Source: an uncultured virus (IMG/VR IMGVR_UViG_3300042508_000149) (taxonomy: Duplodnaviria; Heunggongvirae; Uroviricota; Caudoviricetes). Taken from it: a stretch of 64,000 nucleotides of DNA. A program made the position numbers and the translations under genes. A model generated the notes under the pieces. The model did no database searches. It saw nothing but the letters and a program-made list of their open reading frames with translations, and was not told the DNA's origin. The stretch lies in the IMG/VR virus record IMGVR_UViG_3300042508_000149; one strand, 5' to 3'. This document shows positions 10,478 to 18,382 of this stretch, one piece after another. Within the stretch, counting starts at the first letter, position 1. Every line of letters begins with the position of its first letter.

Positions 10478-10874
10478 GGTTCTTCTCCTTGAGTTTGGCT
10501 TCAATGGCTTCGTATAAATACAGCATCATGGGTGCCCACACAGGCCCGAGCTCTTCTTGAATCCTTTGCCATTCCCGAATGCCATGGCGCTCCTCATCCG
10601 TCAGCCCAACCCATTCTTTCTTTGGTGGTGCGGTGTAGAGTGGAATCTTTGGCAGGTTTACTATTGTTGGCGTATGCCACGATGTAAGTTTGGCCCACTC
10701 AAGTTTTTGCTTTTCCACATTAATAAACGCCACAGGCTCTTGCTCTGTCTCTAGTGCTTGGCGCAAAACGGCGATGGCTTCGATGTAGTAATTTTCATCG
10801 CCTGTTTCCATCAGCATCTCTGCGCTTGCGTCCTCTAGCACCTCTATCGCCTCTTCAATAGCTTCTCTATCCAT
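10470..10874 (-). CDS. Cassette-family hypothetical protein (EPVA / WVGLT / KEKN motifs)
   Basis: Motifs shared with neighbours; overlapping start/stop junctions. Confidence 0.7.
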   Translation of the reverse strand: MDREAIEEAIEVLEDASAEMLMETGDENYYIEAIAVLRQALETEQEPVAFINVEKQKLEWAKLTSWHTPTIVNLPKIPLYTAPPKKEWVGLTDEERHGIREWQRIQEELGPVWAPMMLYLYEAIEAKLKEKNHG

Positions 10875-11103
10875 GGTTCTTCTCCTTTAGCTTGGCTTCA
10901 ATGGCGCAAGCAAAATTACCCCAGTGCTGATTTTCTGAATGGATCTCTTGTATTTCATAAGCCGTCAGCCCAACCCATTGCTTCAGTGCCAATCGGCGCA
11001 GTTCAACGGCTGATTCCCTGCCCGTGCTATTGCTTATTCGTCCTTGCACAAACTCAGCGTCCAGCGCATCAGCCAGCCGCAGGGCTTCGGGTTCTGTGCT
11101 CAT
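10867..11103 (-). CDS. Cassette-family hypothetical protein
   Basis: MSTEPEALRLADAL...KQWVGLT...AIEAKLKEKNHG. Confidence 0.7.
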   Translation of the reverse strand: MSTEPEALRLADALDAEFVQGRISNSTGRESAVELRRLALKQWVGLTAYEIQEIHSENQHWGNFACAIEAKLKEKNHG

Positions 11104-11416
11104 GTGTTCTTCTCCTTTAGCTTGGCTTCAATGGCTCGGGAAAACTCAATCACCTCATCCGGCGAGATATACATAGATCGTCCTTCTGACCGAGCACCAC
11201 CAAAAATACTGTGCCCAGTAATGCGTTCCCACTCATCCTCAACTTGCTCATCCGTCAGCCCAACCCATTGCTTCAGCGCCAATCGGCGCAGTTCGTCGGC
11301 GGCTTCTCCGCATAGACCCGTGTGACTGAATTGCACGTCAAGTTCTTCTAGCGCATCAGCCAGCCGCAGGGCTTCGGGTTCTGTGCTCATGTGTTCTTCT
11401 CCTTTAGCTTGGCTTC
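11063..11416. repeat. 67-bp exact direct repeat (11063-11129 and 11350-11416) spanning gene junctions
   Basis: agcgcatcagccagccgcagggcttcgggttctgtgctcatgtgttcttctcctttagcttggcttc occurs twice. Confidence 0.9.
11100..11390 (-). CDS. Cassette-family hypothetical protein
   Basis: Same N- and C-terminal modules, different middle. Confidence 0.7.
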   Translation of the reverse strand: MSTEPEALRLADALEELDVQFSHTGLCGEAADELRRLALKQWVGLTDEQVEDEWERITGHSIFGGARSEGRSMYISPDEVIEFSRAIEAKLKEKNT

Positions 11417-11647
11417 GACTTCACGGAGCAATACATACGAATACCGTTTGAACCGCGCAACCAGCTCATTAACCTCTTCATCCGTCAGCCCAACCCATTG
11501 CTTAGCTGGTTTGCTTGAAATACAAGTAACCGTATACGGTTTGCCGCATTGACACTGCCACGCCGTAGGCCCTGGCCCATACCAAACACCGTCGATAAAA
11601 CCTACCCCGCTATCTGTTGGTGTCTTTGCTGTTTTGTTTTCAGCCAT
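11387..11647 (-). CDS. Cassette-family hypothetical protein
   Basis: MAENKTAKTP...KQWVGLTDEE...EAKLKEKNT. Confidence 0.7.
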   Translation of the reverse strand: MAENKTAKTPTDSGVGFIDGVWYGPGPTAWQCQCGKPYTVTCISSKPAKQWVGLTDEEVNELVARFKRYSYVLLREVEAKLKEKNT

Positions 11648-12014
11648 GGTTTTTCTCCTTCAAGTCTTTCTCAATAAGCTCGGCCATAAACGCTGCGTCA
11701 AATTCATCACAGAAAGTTGCTTGATACCGGAAATAACTAACATCATCATCAGTCAGCCCAACCCATTGCTTTGGTGGTGCGGTGTAGAGGGGCGTGATAT
11801 TGCTTGACCATCTCCAAGCTTCTGATTTAGTCCAATGTAATTGCTTTCCGTTTCCTTTTGTGGGGCTATCGCTGATCCACGCCACCGGCTCTTGATCTGT
11901 CTTTAGTGCTTGTCGCAGTGCGGTGATGGCTTGCTTTTTGCTAATAAGCCAAGCAAGACTCGTTGGATCGCTCTCCAGCGCCTCAAGCGCCATTTGCATA
12001 GCTTCTCTGCTCAT
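11640..12014 (-). CDS. Cassette-family hypothetical protein
   Basis: EPVAW...PLYTAPPKQWVGLTDDD...LKEKNHG. Confidence 0.7.
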   Translation of the reverse strand: MSREAMQMALEALESDPTSLAWLISKKQAITALRQALKTDQEPVAWISDSPTKGNGKQLHWTKSEAWRWSSNITPLYTAPPKQWVGLTDDDVSYFRYQATFCDEFDAAFMAELIEKDLKEKNHG

Positions 12015-12226
12015 CGCTCCCTCGCTTTCAGCATCGCGTCTGCAATCATGTAAGCCTGCCTCGCGGTTGCATCAAAATAATTCCCCTGCGCCAGTGCTTG
12101 CATCGCCTTAGCTGCAAAGTAATCACGCAGGGTCAGGCCTTGCTCATCGCTAGTCATTACTGGACCTTTGATTGGAAACGCTGGCCCACCATCTGCTGGT
12201 GTCTTTGCATTTTTGTTTTCACTCAT
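12011..12226 (-). CDS. Phage hypothetical protein
   Basis: DGGPAFP...GLTLRDYFAAKAMQ...IADAMLKAR. Confidence 0.75.
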   Translation of the reverse strand: MSENKNAKTPADGGPAFPIKGPVMTSDEQGLTLRDYFAAKAMQALAQGNYFDATARQAYMIADAMLKARER

Positions 12227-12447
12227 CGCCTAACTCCTATGTTGTAGTAAGCAGATACCTTCCTCACTATCTCTATGAAGTCACCAAAGTTGTGAGCATT
12301 CTTCAAGGTATCCATGTCAATGGAATCCCATAGCTCCTCTGCCTCATCAAGCTTCATGGGCTCCACGTCTTCCTTGAGTCGCTCTAACTTGGCGATCACT
12401 TCCTTGAGCGCGTCGATCTGCTTCTGAATAAGTTCTGATGCCAGCAT
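12223..12447 (-). CDS. Hypothetical protein
   Basis: Probable start MLASELIQKQ; coupled to the next gene. Confidence 0.5.
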   Translation of the reverse strand: MLASELIQKQIDALKEVIAKLERLKEDVEPMKLDEAEELWDSIDMDTLKNAHNFGDFIEIVRKVSAYYNIGVRR

Positions 12448-12448
12448 C

Positions 12449-12748
12449 TCAATATCCCGTGGGCATACCGGCATGTACCCAGCGGCCGGCATGGTAGAAA
12501 ATAAACACAAGTGCTAAGAGCACGATCACTCGGAGGACGCCTGACCATCGTCCGTGCCAGGTCCATTCGGAGACGGGTTGGTTGAGGTAGACGTTTTGGA
12601 TCCAGAGTTGGTCGGGTGGGATTTCTGTGTGCCACTTGGCGACCGGCCTAACGTATCGGCTACCAATACGCGGCCTTTCTGGTCTAAGCGCGACATGACC
12701 CGCTTGATGGGTAGCTCTTGGCTTTCTTCTTCCAGTGATGTCCAGCAT
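12449..12748 (-). CDS. Hypothetical membrane protein
   Basis: GGAG RBS and a C-terminal hydrophobic stretch; overlaps the 3' end of 12526-13113. Confidence 0.45.
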   Translation of the reverse strand: MLDITGRRKPRATHQAGHVALRPERPRIGSRYVRPVAKWHTEIPPDQLWIQNVYLNQPVSEWTWHGRWSGVLRVIVLLALVFIFYHAGRWVHAGMPTGY

Positions 12749-13113
12749 GCTTCTTTCTCCTGTCTAAATAATTTGTAATTGAGTCTGAAATACCTGCGCT
12801 GTGTGTCATCAATACGCATGACCACATTCTTGGATAGCGCCTTCATCATGGGCTTATCGTTATTCATGAAATCCAAGAGCTTGTTGCGCAGCCAGCTTGG
12901 CTCAAGTGGCAGCCAGTTACAGTAGATCTCAAGACCTTCGCCCCAGAGAAACTGGAACGCAGTACGCGCTTCTGTATCAAGGCGGTACTCACGTTTCCTG
13001 AGCGGTACGTTAGGCTCGCCTGTGTAGATAGGCTTCCTGCATGTATCAAAGATTGCAGTGTTAATGACCGCTAGTAAGATGCGTTGTTCAGGTATTAATT
13101 GATCGGCATTCAT
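12526..13113 (-). CDS. Hypothetical protein
   Basis: GGAGAG RBS; first gene of the leftward operon. Confidence 0.6.
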   Translation of the reverse strand: MNADQLIPEQRILLAVINTAIFDTCRKPIYTGEPNVPLRKREYRLDTEARTAFQFLWGEGLEIYCNWLPLEPSWLRNKLLDFMNNDKPMMKALSKNVVMRIDDTQRRYFRLNYKLFRQEKEACWTSLEEESQELPIKRVMSRLDQKGRVLVADTLGRSPSGTQKSHPTNSGSKTSTSTNPSPNGPGTDDGQASSE

Positions 13114-13185
13114 TGTGCTCTCCAGTTAAAGAATGGTAACCTATGTTCACAACATATGGCAATATATATAGGAGGTATCCGACCA

Positions 13186-13710
13186 ATGGCAATCAATAGC
13201 AGACAGAAGGGCCGGCGCGGTGAGTTGGAAGTAGCCAAGCTGATATCGCAGGCGCTGGATTTCCAAGTCAAATTGAATTATGACCAGTCCGCCACGGGTG
13301 GCTATGATATGAAAGTATGGGGTTGGGCAGTGGAGGTGAAGCGAGCCGAGAACCCTGACTGGCGTGCATGGCAGCGGCAGGCATTGAATAGTGCATGGAA
13401 GGATGGGCTGATGCCAATCCTATTCCATCGAAGGAACCATGCCCGGTACTGGGATGTGTATCTACCGATTAGTGTGTTTCTGGTGGTGTGGGGCGGCCAG
13501 GGGCCATTTGATGAAAATGATTGGATGCAGGTATCTTTTGAAGTAGCAATAGCAACGATGAGGATGACCCATGGATCCACGTATACGCAAGGTGATCGTG
13601 AACGACATGATCGAATCAATACCTCAGTCAGTGAAGCTTCAGGTGCGCCAAGAGATAGCGCAGCGCGTGGCACTGGAGTTGCAGATCAGGTCCATCAAGC
13701 TACTGGCTGA
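13186..13710 (+). CDS. Holliday junction resolvase-like PD-(D/E)XK nuclease
   Basis: AGGAGG RBS; MAINSRQKGRRGELEVAK...D...AVEVKR. Confidence 0.75.
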   Translation: MAINSRQKGRRGELEVAKLISQALDFQVKLNYDQSATGGYDMKVWGWAVEVKRAENPDWRAWQRQALNSAWKDGLMPILFHRRNHARYWDVYLPISVFLVVWGGQGPFDENDWMQVSFEVAIATMRMTHGSTYTQGDRERHDRINTSVSEASGAPRDSAARGTGVADQVHQATG

Positions 13711-13801
13711 TACGCAGGCGTTCAGTAACTGGTTAAAAAAAACCCCGGCGAGGGGAGCCGGGGAAAGACCTAAACAACCAGGAGACACAGCCATGGACTA
13801 G
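13571..13801 (+). CDS. Hypothetical protein
   Basis: AGGA RBS; overlaps the resolvase tail. Confidence 0.35.
   Translation: MDPRIRKVIVNDMIESIPQSVKLQVRQEIAQRVALELQIRSIKLLADTQAFSNWLKKTPARGAGERPKQPGDTAMD
13735..13763 (-). terminator. Rho-independent terminator on the minus strand
   Basis: CCCCGGC/GCCGGGG stem followed by T8 on the minus strand. Confidence 0.75.
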
Positions 13802-13806
13802 CTGTG
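13735..13806 (-). ncRNA. Candidate ~70-nt small RNA
   Basis: Bounded by a minus-strand promoter (13813-13841) and the terminator; contains UCUCCU. Confidence 0.45.
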
Positions 13807-13841
13807 GAGTTCATGGTATCATTGCTCTGTCGGTGTGGCAA
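13794..13841. promoter_or_regulatory. Overlapping sigma70-like promoters on opposite strands
   Basis: Plus strand TGGACT-17-TATCAT; minus strand TTGCCA-17-TACCAT; both have a TGn extended -10. Confidence 0.55.
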
Positions 13842-14260
13842 CCGGCGCTTTGAAAGAGAGTAAAACCCCAGTGCTTTTAGGTTGGGGCGTTGATGATGAA
13901 GTGCGTTTTCCCTTCGGGGGAAATTCTCTCTTTCAAAGCGCCTGAGTCTGCCTCCGCCAGAGGTAACGCTCCTACCTAAGATCGCTGGGGTTTTTCTTTT
14001 GGTGCCGACCGTACTCCGCACGAGAGTAGGGGCCGCAAGTGGGGCTGCTCGGAGTTGAACCGCGACACGGTATTCCAGCCTAGCTGAGACGGTGCAAATC
14101 CGCTAATCCGTGGGGCTCGCCGGAGATCCAAGCCCGGGGGTGTAGGAGCTAACCCGTCCTGCACATGGATCTTCCCCGCAAGGGGGGTGATATTCGCCGA
14201 TGGCTTCCTCTCTCTACCCTGTATGGGGTAGGGGGAGCCTTTGGGTGATAAATACATAAA
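13829..14260 (+). ncRNA. Candidate structured leader or ncRNA
   Basis: No credible ORF; several stems, including AAAACCCCAG (13862-71) / CTGGGGTTTT (13985-94). Confidence 0.35.
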
Positions 14261-14360
14261 TAAGGTTTTAGGCTCGCGGCCGCCGCTCATCGACCCGACG
14301 AACGGTATGCACAAACGCATAAAACTGTGGTTAAATACTCCTACCGACAAGGAGATAACC

Positions 14361-14483
14361 ATGGACGAAATCATCAAACAGCTTGGCGATAAATGGCCAT
14401 TCAAATACCACTACTGCGAAGACGGAGAGGTGCTTGAGAAGCAACCCGTGGCCGAGGAACCTATTGAAGAGGCACCGTTCTGA
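14361..14483 (+). CDS. Small acidic protein ending EEAPF
   Basis: AAGGAG RBS; SSB-like C-terminal tip. Confidence 0.55.
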   Translation: MDEIIKQLGDKWPFKYHYCEDGEVLEKQPVAEEPIEEAPF

Positions 14484-14737
14484 TGAACCACCAAGACATT
14501 ATCCGCATGGCACGGGAGGCCTGTGACCAAGCACCGCGTGAGGATTGGAACTCTAATGCTTGGGTGTTTGGTGACGAAACTCTTGAACGCTTCGCCGCCC
14601 TTGTTGCTGCTGCTGAGCGTTCTGCGTGTGCAAAGGTGTGTGAGGATATTCCTTTGCCAAAAGATTCAAAAGCATTGACGCATGGGCCAACGATTGAGAG
14701 ATGCGCCGCCGCCATCCGCGCAAGGGGAAATAAATGA
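14483..14737 (+). CDS. Hypothetical protein (DIIRMAREA family)
   Basis: Paralogue of 14955-15188. Confidence 0.7.
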   Translation: MNHQDIIRMAREACDQAPREDWNSNAWVFGDETLERFAALVAAAERSACAKVCEDIPLPKDSKALTHGPTIERCAAAIRARGNK

Positions 14738-14958
14738 AATTCAGAAAAAAGCCCGTGGTCATTGAAGCCACACAATGGTTCAAAGAAGGCGATCATTCTG
14801 CGGTTTTTAGTGCGCTTGAAGGCAAAGGCGCAATTCAAACACTAGAGGGTTGGCACGAGGTGACCCCTGGCGACTGGATCATCACCGGCGTGAAGGGTGA
14901 ACACTATCCTTGCAAGCCAGACATTTTCGACATGACTTATGAGCGGGTGGACGGATGA
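14734..14958 (+). CDS. PGDYG-like phage protein
   Basis: KKPVVIEA...TLEG...PGDWIITGVKGEHYPCKPDIF. Confidence 0.75.
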   Translation: MKFRKKPVVIEATQWFKEGDHSAVFSALEGKGAIQTLEGWHEVTPGDWIITGVKGEHYPCKPDIFDMTYERVDG

Positions 14959-15188
14959 ACAGAGAAGACATCATCCGCATGGCGCGGGAGGCTGGATTGG
15001 CTTACGGATCTGACGAAAATCCATTAGGTTCTGTAACACGCTTCGCCGCCCTTGTCGCAGCCAGAGAGCGTGAGGCGTGTGCGAAGGTTTGTGATGTGCT
15101 TGCTGTACATCCTGAATATGCGTCAGACATTACAAAGGTGGCCGCACAAGCAATCCGAGCAAGGGGGAACAGTGAAACCCATCGATGA
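14955..15188 (+). CDS. Hypothetical protein (DIIRMAREA family)
   Basis: RFAALVAAREREACAKVC...AIRARGN. Confidence 0.7.
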   Translation: MNREDIIRMAREAGLAYGSDENPLGSVTRFAALVAAREREACAKVCDVLAVHPEYASDITKVAAQAIRARGNSETHR

Positions 15189-15411
15189 ATCTTATCTGGC
15201 GTGGATGAAGGATCGTAAAGAACCTTTCACGTCAGAGGATGCTGCAAAACACTTTGGCGTCTCAAGAACCACGGCGGCAGAGCGTTTGCGTGTACTGACA
15301 GGGCTTGGTTATGTAACAGCAACCAAACACCCTGTCCGATTTAATCAGTTGCTTTACACATACAAAGAATTTAGTTGGCATGACCCATTCAACCTAGCGG
15401 GGAAACTATGA
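15172..15411 (+). CDS. Winged-helix DNA-binding protein
   Basis: GTG start; FTSEDAAKHFGVSRTTAAERLRVLTGLGYV. Confidence 0.65.
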   Translation: MKPIDESYLAWMKDRKEPFTSEDAAKHFGVSRTTAAERLRVLTGLGYVTATKHPVRFNQLLYTYKEFSWHDPFNLAGKL

Positions 15412-16202
15412 ACTTAGAACCAATCATGAAGCTGACCAAGGACCTTAAAGTCGCAGCCGCCAAGCTGTCTGATGACGAGGCAAGATTCTTGGTCGATTAC
15501 TACTACATTGCCCAAGAGGACCGTAAGCGTTCCACCAACCAAGTCCGGGCGCTGGATGAATCCATGGAGCCCAATGCAGTGATCGGCTGGCTGGCATCCC
15601 AATCCAAGGGGCTGGAAGAGCAGATCAAGAAGGCGCTTGATTCCTACACTGAGTCGCATGTCATGGGCGCATGGATGCGGCAGATCGTAGGCATTGGCCC
15701 GGTCATTTCCGCGGGGCTGTTAGCGCACATTGATATTGAGAAGGCTCCTACCGTTGGGCATATCTGGCGCTATGCTGGATTAGATCCCACAAGCAAATGG
15801 GAGAAGGGGCAGAAGCGCCCATGGAATGCAGGACTGAAGACGCTTTGCTGGAAGGCTGGCCAATCCTTCATGAAATTCTCTGGCCGTGATGACTGCTACT
15901 ACGGTCACATATACAGGGAGCGCAAGAACTTTGAGATCGCCCGCAACGAGCGTGGTGATAACAAGGAACTGGCCGAGCAATTGAAGGAGAAGGTAGGCAA
16001 GACCACGGAAGCTTACAAGCATCTATCGAATGGTTTACTGCCACCAGGCCAGATCGATGCAAGGGCAAGAAGGTATGCGGTTAAGCTATTCCTTAGCCAC
16101 CTCCATGGCGCATGGTATGAGACACACTTTGGTACGAAGCCTCCGCTGCCCTATCCGATTGCACACATGGGCCATGCTCATTTCATTCCATCACCTGTTT
16201 AA
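15408..16202 (+). CDS. tasA: TIGR-associated Nop-domain protein without nuclease domain (TasA-like; IS110 C-terminal/Nop fold)
   Basis: Coiled-coil, then IVGIGPVISAGLLAHID...IWRYAGLDP...PWNAGLKTLCW...ARARRYAVKLFLSHL. No DEDD RuvC or HNH is evident, and the array starts at its stop codon. Confidence 0.85.
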   Translation: MNLEPIMKLTKDLKVAAAKLSDDEARFLVDYYYIAQEDRKRSTNQVRALDESMEPNAVIGWLASQSKGLEEQIKKALDSYTESHVMGAWMRQIVGIGPVISAGLLAHIDIEKAPTVGHIWRYAGLDPTSKWEKGQKRPWNAGLKTLCWKAGQSFMKFSGRDDCYYGHIYRERKNFEIARNERGDNKELAEQLKEKVGKTTEAYKHLSNGLLPPGQIDARARRYAVKLFLSHLHGAWYETHFGTKPPLPYPIAHMGHAHFIPSPV

Positions 16203-17536
16203 CCACGCTCACCAAGAGAACCAAATGGATTGAGTGAGTCATCGAACAAGATAGAACCAAAACCATAGAACGAGTCAGGAGATCCGAGAGAACCAATGAC
16301 AACGAGCGAGTCACGTTGACCAAGAGAACCATTTGTGATGAACGAGTCAAAAGCCGGAAGAAAACCAGGAACAGGGAACGAGTCACAGCTTTTGAGAGAA
16401 CCACGGAAAGTGAACGAGTCATCAGTTGCGAGAGAACCAATATATGAGAACGAGTCAAGGAACCCGAGAGATCCATACCACGAGAACGAGTCGTGAGCAT
16501 TGAGCGAACCATCAACAAAGAACGAGTCAAATGAACCAAGAGAACCATTGAAGGTAAACGAGTCAGCTAGATTGAGAGAACCATGCAGACAGATCGAGTC
16601 ACGAGCATCAAGAGTACCAAGGAGATCAAACGAGTCATGCCTCCAGAGAGAACCACACTTTGAGAACGAGTCACGATTTGTGAGAGAACCATACAGAACA
16701 AACGAGTCAGTCTTCATGAGAGAACCAAGGGATTTGAACGAGCCATGGGTATAAAGAGCACCATGCTGAGGAAGCGAGTCAAGGTAATCGATAGAACCAA
16801 CTCATGCGAGCGAGTCAACACATCTGAGAGAACCATAGGTGCGGAACGAACCAAGACCACTGATAGTTTTACCGTTGATAGAGTGAGTCATGTCGGGTAA
16901 GAGAGCCTGCGAACAGGAACGAACCAAATCGAGTAAGAGAACCTGTTAGGTTGAGTGAGTCATCGACGCAGATGGAACCTAGTCAGCCGAACGAACCTAG
17001 ACCAGTAAGAGAACCATTGCCGGGAAGTGAGTCATCGACGCAGAAAGAACCGGGTCAGCCGAACGAACCTAGAGCGAAGAGAGAACCTAATCGGTCAAGT
17101 GAACCACTCGGGCCGAGAGAACCATTCGCCCAGAGTGAGCCAAGCAGGAAAAGAGAACCTAGATAAGTGATCGAGTCAAGTTAACGAAGAGAACCAATCG
17201 TACAGAACGAACCAGACAATGGAAGAGAACCATAAATCGAGAGTGAGCCAAGTTGGCCAAGAGCACCAATTCGGCCGAGCGAGTCAGAAAAAGAGAGAGA
17301 ACCAATCGGTCAGAACGAACCGCCCTATGAGAGAGAACCACATAGGGGAAGTGAGTCAGAGAAATAAAGAGAGCCACAGTTGAGGAACGAACCAGAGATT
17401 GCGAGAGAACCTTGGTATGAGAGTGAGTCAGCCAGGCTGAGAGAACCAAAGTACACGAACGAACCAAAACCTTTGAGAGAACCGTACACAGGGAGTGAGT
17501 CAAAAAAATCGTGAGCACCAAAGTTACCGAGCGTCA
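16196..17536 (+). ncRNA. TIGR (tandem interspaced guide RNA) array, 37 x 36-nt dual-spacer units
   Basis: Unit AGTCA-N8-GAGAGAACCA-N8-GAACG counted 37 times (one unit is 37 nt); spacers almost all unique. Confidence 0.9.
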
Positions 17537-17554
17537 TTAACTTAAGAGAGAAAT

Positions 17555-18382
17555 ATGGAAAGACACCAGTTATCAGCAGCATTCCCAGACATGCCCGACG
17601 AGGACTTTGAGGATCTTATTCACAGCATCAAGGAGCACGGGCAGAGGGAGCCCATCACGGTTTATGAGAACAAGATCCTTGATGGCTGGCACAGGTACCG
17701 TGCCTGTCAGCAGTTGGATATCAATCCCATGACCACCTTGTATGAAGGTAATGACCCGGTGTCTTTTGTCATCGACCTAAACCTCCACCGCAGGCATCTG
17801 TCGCCAGGCCAGAAGGCGATCGCCGTGGTTACATGCAACGCATGGCTACAGGAAGGGAGACCTCAGAAAACTCCGCCACGTGGCGGAGTTATTACACCTG
17901 CTTACAAATCAGCGGAGCAGATGGCCAAGGAGGCTGGGGTGGGGAAGCGCACGGTGGAGCGTGCCAAGAAGGTTGCACAGTCAGGCGACAAGGAAGTCAT
18001 TGAGGCGGTCAAGAAAGGCGCCATGAGCCTGTCAGAGGCGATCAAGGTGGTAGACAAGGACGACCCTGAGAATGCGCCTCCAGCGCCCGTTAAACCGGTT
18101 CTGAAGTCAGCGGTATCGCAAGAGAAATACGACGCCCTGAAAGTGGCTTATGACGAGCTGAATGAGCAGTATCAAGAGATCCTAGATAACTACCAAGAGC
18201 TGGCCAAGGAAGTGTCAATCCTTACGGCGCTCAGGGATACAGAGCACTACCAGACCATGAAGCAGATGCAGTCCACGATCGACAACCTTACCGAGGCACG
18301 GGACAAGTGGCAGCGGGAGTGCGCCGAGCTGAAGAAACAAGTTCTGTATTGGAAGAAACATGCTGATCGAAAGTCTGCGTGA
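17555..18382 (+). CDS. ParB-N-domain protein with HTH and coiled coil
   Basis: LIHSIKEHGQREPI...ILDGWHRYRAC...NLHRRHL; HTH AEQMAKEAGVGKRTVERAK. Confidence 0.85.
   Translation: MERHQLSAAFPDMPDEDFEDLIHSIKEHGQREPITVYENKILDGWHRYRACQQLDINPMTTLYEGNDPVSFVIDLNLHRRHLSPGQKAIAVVTCNAWLQEGRPQKTPPRGGVITPAYKSAEQMAKEAGVGKRTVERAKKVAQSGDKEVIEAVKKGAMSLSEAIKVVDKDDPENAPPAPVKPVLKSAVSQEKYDALKVAYDELNEQYQEILDNYQELAKEVSILTALRDTEHYQTMKQMQSTIDNLTEARDKWQRECAELKKQVLYWKKHADRKSA
17869..17890. repeat. 22-bp palindrome, copy 3 (inside the ParB-like gene)
   Basis: Exact copy, QKTPPRGGVIT. Confidence 0.95.

Noticed and set aside
14040..14110. tRNA gene
   Set aside because: Only a T-loop-like GGTGCAAATCC; I could not build a cloverleaf.
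15408..16202. IS110 transposase / insertion sequence
   Set aside because: Lacks the N-terminal DEDD RuvC domain, is operon-coupled, and is followed by a guide array.
16196..17536. CRISPR array
   Set aside because: Two alternating 10-nt repeats with 8-9-nt spacers and no cas genes; the geometry does not fit CRISPR.
16183..17582. ORFs over the array on both strands
   Set aside because: By-products of a 36-nt period; no RBS, and the covariation points to RNA-level selection.
17869..17890. Dispersed palindrome as a target of the array guides
   Set aside because: No spacer among the 74 resembles either palindrome half.
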